DNA of 64,000 nucleotides from Octopus vulgaris. Its lineage: Eukaryota. A program made the translations under genes and the position numbers. Under the pieces are notes generated by a model. The model searched no databases, was not told where the DNA came from, and saw only the letters and a program-made list of their open reading frames with translations. The stretch covers positions 62,372,001 to 62,436,000 of the forward strand of contig OX597828.1 of assembly GCA_951406725.2 (NCBI GenBank), in the 5' to 3' direction. Shown here in pieces: positions 57,611-64,000 of this stretch. Within the stretch, counting starts at the first letter, position 1, and the number at the start of each line of letters is the position of its first letter.

Positions 57611-60040
57611 TAATATATGTGTTTGTATATATATATATATGTATATATATGTTACATACATCTGCCAGTCTCTCTTTTACAATCCCCCTCTCTCTCTTTC
57701 TCTGTACACACACACACACACATATAATACATCTGTGACCATATCTCTCATCTTCTCTCCTGGAATGTACCAATTCTATTGAATTACGCACACATGCACC
57801 CACACACGTACACAGAGACTCATACATGCACACACATTGTGATTCATTTTGATTTTTTTTTTTTTTTTAGAGGGTGGGGGTTATCTGCAATTCAGTTTCA
57901 GAACAAAGAGAAGCAATTTTGGACCAAATTCTTGATGGAATTTAAGAATTCCATCGAGTATTTTGCGTTGGTGGTGTTACTGTGTCATTGTGGAGCAACA
58001 CAGGTCAACCTTCACCCAATAGAGCCTGTGTACTGAAGCGGTTGAGTAGTGGCCATCCTGTGGAGTGGACTGTCTCATCATTGTTTAGTCACCAGATCAA
58101 CTCTTATTCAAAGACATTCCAGCCATGACAACTCTGTGAGGCTTTTGTGGTTGTGGTGACCATTGGTGCATAGCTCCAGGTCAGACCTGACTCATTAGAG
58201 CTGTCATACAAAGGTGCTCCAGTTATCCAAATGTTTGTTATCCACAGCCCCCCCCCCCCCCAGTGTGCTTCATGTCTGCTTCATGTGTATCACATGTCCA
58301 GTACCTCCATTGTGCTACATATCTAGTACCTTTCACTTATTTAAACTTATTTCCTCCTAATGAAGATTTCTCTGCTACTAAGGGGACAGACTTGGATCAT
58401 TGAGTTGACAATAAACACACTCACAGTCACACACACACACATACTCATACACACAGATACAATCACTGATGTATGCACACAGACAAACATACAAACACTC
58501 CCAATTACATACATGTGTTCCCCAGACACATGTTGACACATTTCACATACACACACACACTCATACAAATATACACACACCCATGCACATACACACCAGC
58601 ACGTGCATACATACACCTGCAGATATCCATACACACACAGACTTCCCTGCGTGCACTCAATCACATTTACATACGTTCATCCCTTCCTTTCCCCTCCAGC
58701 CACCTCTCCATCTTCTATTGACTAAATCTTACCAACACATTATTCCAATGTTTAAAGAATCCAACCAACAGTCACCACCATTTCTAAATCTCACATCAAT
58801 ATTTAGATTTCAAAGCGCCATTTTTTTCTGTTCTTTCACCAAAACTCCAGCAGACAAAAGAAATTCTAACTTTTACCATTTATTCTAAATTCTATTTATT
58901 TACTTATTTACTGCTGTACAACATTTGTTCCATCCATTTTGATGTAGATGGAGTAGTTATTTGTCTTGAAGACTACTACTACTACTACTTCTTCTTCTCG
59001 TTGTTGTTTTTACCTAGGAGTATATTATTTGATGTGTCTGTTCTTGTTAGCTTTAATTTGGAAGACCTATGACCAAATGCATTCCAACCATGCCCATCTC
59101 ATTTAGGATTACATTATTTGACATGTCCTTTCCAGTCTTGGTCCTGCAGATTTGTAATGAAATCTTTGCGGACAGTGACCAACCATCTTTTTTTTACCTG
59201 TCATAGTGTATCTAGAGCTACACTAGCAAATGTGTCCTATACTTTTTTAAATAAATTTACTGTAATTTGAGAGAGATTTGGCTGCCATATCTTAGAAGAT
59301 TAACAAGATTAGTCCATAGAGGGTCTCTCATTATTTCATGTGTTGGAGTCATTGTTTTTGCTGCTAGATGTCGCTTCAGCATTTCTTATCACTTAACACT
59401 GAAGTAGGGAGTGGAACCTGTTGGTCAGCCAGGCAGACTAGAGTGAAAGAGTTTTGTGCCTTTGTCAAATATTGGTGGTCATTGTGGTGGGAGGGTCTTT
59501 CACTTTTAACCTCCTTCCTTTCTACTTCATTTGTTGAATGTTTGGCAGGACATATGGTGAAATGGCTACTGCCACATACCCACACACCCCCACACTATAC
59601 CCTTCTCTCTTCATTTTCTTCCATTTATTGACCACATAACTAACTGATCACCCGTCCAGGCATTCAAACCCATACTTGCTTTACTAAGCTGTGTCCTCTC
59701 CTTTTATCAGTCCTGTATATAGTTGCAGGCATGGCTTTGTGGTAAAAGGCTTGCTTACCAACCACACTATTCCAGGTTCAGTCCCACTGCATGACATCTT
59801 CAGCAAATATCTATTGCTATGTCTCCAGGTTGACCAAAACCTTCAAGTGGATTTGGTAGATGGAAACTGAAAGAAGCCCATTCATTTGTCATCATCATCA
59901 TCATCATCACCGGCATGGGCTGGACAGTTCAGCAAGGAGCTGGCTAGTAGGAGCTGTCCAGACCCCAATTCTCTGTTCTGGCAGGGTTTCGTTGGTTGGG
60001 TGCCCATCCTAACACCAGCCACCCAACAGAGTGTGCTAGG

Positions 60041-60287
60041 TTAAACAACCCTTATTCAGGGACCTTTTGAGCGGGATGAGTTACTCGACCAGAAGAAAAT
60101 TCTAACTGGGCCCCACCTGCAAGGTCATGTGCTGTTTATCTTGATATGAGATCACCATGTTGCACACATATGGTTGTGATGTATGTGCCTAGTGTACCTT
60201 TATCAGATGGGTAGTCATGATGGGTATACTGGGCTTCATATATTTTACCCCAGTGTCACTTTGATGGCATGCACTGCTCTCTCACTC
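60041..60287 (+). mobile_element. (AAT)n-tailed retroposon, copy 3 (5' truncated)
   Basis: Aligns with 2680-2926. Confidence 0.85.
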
Positions 60288-60329
60288 AATAATAATAATA
60301 ATAATAACAACAACAATAATAACAACAAT

Positions 60330-60555
60330 AATCTTTTCTATTATTGGCACAAGGCCTGAAATGTTGGGTGAAGGTTGTGGTGGGAGCTCGTCGATTACAT
60401 CGACCCCAGTGCATAACTGGTATTTATTTCATTGACCCTGAAAAGATGAAAGGCAAAGTCAACCGTGACGGAATTTGAACTCCCAGCTTAATGAAGGACA
60501 AAATGCTGCTAGGCACATTGTCCAGTCTGGTAACAGTTCTGGCAGTTTGCCAACT
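60330..60555 (-). mobile_element. Nin-domain SINE
   Basis: ggcacaaggcctgaaa...atgaaaggcaaagtcaaccgtgacggaatttgaactc. Confidence 0.8.
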
Positions 60556-60923
60556 TATGTAATAATAATAATAATAGTTATGGCTCTTGTGCCCCATGTT
60601 AACAATCATTGTCTGTTGTCTCCTTGTGCCACCAGGTAAACAAGCAGCTTCTAGAGACTTCCTTGACAACTGGTCATCAAGGTGATGTATTGTTGCGTAA
60701 GTCTCAGCAGTGATGCACACAGGAGGGCCACCTCATCACTGTTTCATGTCATCAGCTTGCTGCCAGCCATAGGTTCAGAATAGGGGGTTCAGAAGATGGA
60801 AGTGCACCAACTGAATTTGGAGATATGGGGGGGGGGGGCAATGCAAATGCTTTGAACAGCCTCCTGAAAAAACTTCATTGCCAAAACACATACAAATATA
60901 ATAATAACGATGATGATGATTAG

Positions 60924-61170
60924 GTGAAGATAGTTCCAATTAATGTTGGTTCCATGGGAACAGTATTACAAGGCATGAAGAGGTATATAAAGGAAATCGG
61001 AATAGAGTGCCCAGTAGAACTGTTACAAAACGTTTACTTCCTTGGCACAACCAGAATAATCAGGAAAGTATTAGAGAGCTGAAAAGAATGGATAGCATGG
61101 TACCGTAGGCTGCAGATGCAAGACTCCAGGAATCACAACAAAACCTGAGATAAAAAGAAATAATAATAAT
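60924..61170 (+). mobile_element. R4/Dong-clade retrotransposon extreme 3' end
   Basis: 60924-61082 reads VKIVPINVGSMGTVLQGMKRYIKEIGIECPVELLQNVYFLGTTRIIRKVLES* (cf. VPIVIGALG...LQK..LLGTARIIRKVL); short UTR then (aat)n. Confidence 0.8.
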
Positions 61171-61550
61171 TATTTCAGTGGTTGTTTTGATATTAAGATT
61201 GAAAAAATTGACCTTGTTTGTAAGAAATTTTGGACTTGCGTTTGCACCTCCAAAACAGATTTTGTTTCTGCACTTATGTTGCTCATATAGTCTCTTGTGG
61301 TGATATTTACTTGAGATAGGAGTAAAGTTCAGTTGTGACTATGAAAATGGCTGGTAGCAAAGGTGCCGAAAGTCTTTTGTTTCTGTTTACGCATAGAGAT
61401 TAGCAGTTTGGGAGGATTACCAGTATTTGGAAATGATTTATCTAGAAGTTGTTGTTATATTAGCTTAAAATATGTTCTAGCTATGACCATCTCATCGTTT
61501 TATTGTTCACATAATGTATCTAAGACTACACCATCCAGTATGCTTTTTAT

Positions 61551-62118
61551 TACGAGGATGAGTCAGAAAGTAATGCCATTTTGTTTAGGACAGGTAGAAT
61601 TACCAACACAGGAACATGTATCATACATCAAAAATGAAGCTGGTCCTCTGTGGATCACATCCCTACTTCTCAACTTAGTCACTGTTTCTCTCAATAGCAA
61701 TGTTCCACCTTCGAATGAGAGCATGTATCTCTGCCCCGTAAAATTCTTTGACTGTTCTTTGAGCCACTTCTTCACTACAGTTTTCACTTCCTCATCATCA
61801 GATTTAGCGCCTTCAGACTATCATCTCTTCGGCCCCATGAAAGAGGGTTTGAGAGTCAAACATTATTTTAGTGATGAGGAAGTGAAAACTGTAGTGAAGA
61901 AGTGGCTCAAAGAACAGTCAACAGAATTTTATGGGACAAGGATACATGCTCTCATTCAAAGGTGGAACATGGCTATTGAGAGAAATGGTGCCTATGTTGA
62001 GAAGTAGGGATGTGATCTACAGAGGACCAGCTTCATTTTGATGTATGATACATGTTCCTGTGTTAGTAATTATAGCTGTCCTAAACAAAATGGCATTGCT
62101 TTTTGACTCACCTTCGTA
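61551..62118. mobile_element. Mariner-derived foldback MITE with 247-bp inverted arms
   Basis: TA-CGAGG...CTTCG-TA ends; arms 61551-61797 and 61872-62118; plus strand reads SDLAPSDYHLFGPMKEGL...GAYVEK*. Confidence 0.92.
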
Positions 62119-62419
62119 TTTAAGTCTGCAAGGGTGGTTGGATTGGCAGAATTGCTGGGATGTTAAAAAATATGCCAAGTGCAATTTAATTCAGCTGTCT
62201 ATGGTCTGAGTTCAAATTGTACCAAGGTTGCCTTTATCCTTCAGGGGTTGATAAAATACTGTACCAGTCAAATACTAGGGCTGATGGTATTCACCTGCTT
62301 TCCCCTCAAAACTTTTAGCATTCTGCCTCAATTACAGATGGTCATTTAAGACTGAAGAATCCTGAATCTCAAACTTTGCAACTTGGTGACACAGTGGAAA
62401 CCAAGCAATAAACTAACTA

Positions 62420-62690
62420 CTTCTTGCATTCTTCACATGGAAGGTAAAAAAAAAGAAGAGAAAAAAACTATTGGTACTTTTCATGAGTGGTAAAAAAACA
62501 AATAGTTCTCTTATATCTGGAAATTATAAATATACTGGCACTGTTTGTATGGAAGACAAAAAGTTATTGGCACTCTTTCTTTGGGAGGCAAAAAAAACAA
62601 AACATATGAGAGGTTAAAAAAAAAAAACTAATGCCACTCTTCAAATGGGAGGTAAGAAAGTATGAGCAGTGTTCAATGGAAGGTTGAACA
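62420..62690. repeat. Degenerate ~31-bp minisatellite
   Basis: Units such as tattggcactctttctttgggaggcaaaa, taatgccactcttcaaatgggaggtaag and tactggcactgtttgtatggaagacaaaa. Confidence 0.6.
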
Positions 62691-63197
62691 AAACGTGTTT
62701 TAAAAGATATTTATTAAAAAAATAGAGAAGATTATAATTTGTTTTAATAAATTATATTTGTAGATAAATTTATGAAGAACAAGTTTACACAGATACTTGA
62801 GGATTAGAATGGATTATATAAAGCCTTTAAATTATAATATTAAGAATCTATGATGCACCTGTATACTATTTGCAATACTGCAGTGCACTGTCTGAGGTAA
62901 AGTAAGATTGAAAGATTTAGCTTCTATTTCTAACAAATTAAACAACACATGGAGGTTTCAGGATACTGGGTCTCAAAGAGTGTCACCATTATGCCACAAT
63001 CAGTAGAATGTGATAAACACACACTCTGCAGTGTTCAAGTTAAGTCACTTTCTATTCCAGGTTCAACTTCTGGGGTCAATGAAAGACAGAATGAACCAAA
63101 AGGGATTTCAGCGATGAAACCTTTCTCACAAATTCCTTCTTATTTTTCTATAAAAGAGATTATTAATTTAAAAAATTAAAAAATTATTATTATTATT

Positions 63198-63711
63198 GAG
63201 TGAGAGAGCAGCGCATGCCATCAAAATGACACTAGGGTACAAATATACGAAGCCTTATATACCCATCATGACTACCCATCTGATAAGGGTACACCAGGCA
63301 CATGCATCACAACCATATGTGCGCGACATGGTGATCTCATATCAAGATAACAGCGCATGACCTTGCAGGTGGGGACCAGTTAGAATTTTCTTCTGGTCGA
63401 GTAACCCATCCCGCTCAAAAGGTCCCTGAATAAGGGTTGTTTAAGGATGTTGAACAAACCACCCATATTTCCAGAGGTGAATTATTCAAACCCCAAAGAA
63501 TCCCTCTCAACACATAGCTATGATGCTCCCCCACTACTTCTGCTTGTGATCAGAGATGCACATATCATCAGCCACTAAGGGACATGCTCAACTGGTTACG
63601 GTCAAACAACTGACAAGCAAATCTGTGGTATTGAGCAGAATATTTGCTGTAGCCCATCTTTTATACCAAGACAAAACAATGTACATGATAACACTTCCAA
63701 TCAGTTAAGAT
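63198..63711 (-). mobile_element. (AAT)n-flanked retroposon, copy 4
   Basis: Reverse complement of 2417-2926 with few differences; (ATT)n on both sides. Confidence 0.88.
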
Positions 63712-63740
63712 ATTATTATTATTATTATTATTATTATATA

Positions 63741-63955
63741 GGAAGCGAGCTGGTAAAATCATTAGTGCGTTGGACAAAATGCTTAGCGATATTTTGCCCA
63801 TCGCTACATTCTGAGTTCAAATTCCGCCAAAGTTGACTTTGCCTTTCATCCTTTCAGGGTTAATAAATTAAGTACTAGTTGAATACTGGGGTCAATGTGA
63901 TCAACTCATCCCCTCCCCCCAATAGCTGCCCTTGTGTCAAAATTTGAAGCCCTTG
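63741..63955 (+). mobile_element. Nin-domain SINE (similar copies at 45405-45530 and 62130-62335)
   Basis: gcgagctggtaaaatc head; gagttcaaattccgccaaagttgactttgcctttcatcctttcagggt. Confidence 0.8.
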
Positions 63956-64000
63956 TTGTTGTTGTTGTTGTTATTACTGAGGGTGCTGCCTTCCAGTGTG

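Overview
Eukaryotic, extremely repeat-rich animal DNA, most consistent with an octopus (coleoid cephalopod) genome; the taxon is inferred from the SINE families, kb-scale (TA)n/(AAT)n arrays and R4/Dong, HERO, RTE and Penelope-type remnants. Nearly every ORF in the supplied track is a microsatellite artefact. Only one convincing host coding exon was found (16547-16651, MDDEDATSCS...IKVKSEPLDDIK followed by a GTAAGA donor). The rest is a mosaic of decayed retroelements (Tx1, CR1/Zenon, HERO, Jockey/CR1-like, RTE, I-group, R4/Dong), mariner/Tc1/hAT/piggyBac/Helentron-type DNA elements and at least three SINE families. CpG content drops sharply at about 27 kb. The most interesting signals are: (1) a ~200-bp non-coding element in at least 12 whole or partial copies whose 5' end resembles an HDV-like ribozyme and whose 3' end has an (AAC)n tail; (2) two variant-core minimal hammerhead motifs in TA-flanked Penelope-like ends; (3) a same-strand cluster of TGTCGTCTGCT upstream of the exon; (4) two long foldbacks (17.2-17.9 kb and a mariner-derived 247-bp inverted repeat); (5) an (AAT)n-targeting 510-bp element in four copies. 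All calls were made by eye; no searches were run, and repeat boundaries are approximate.
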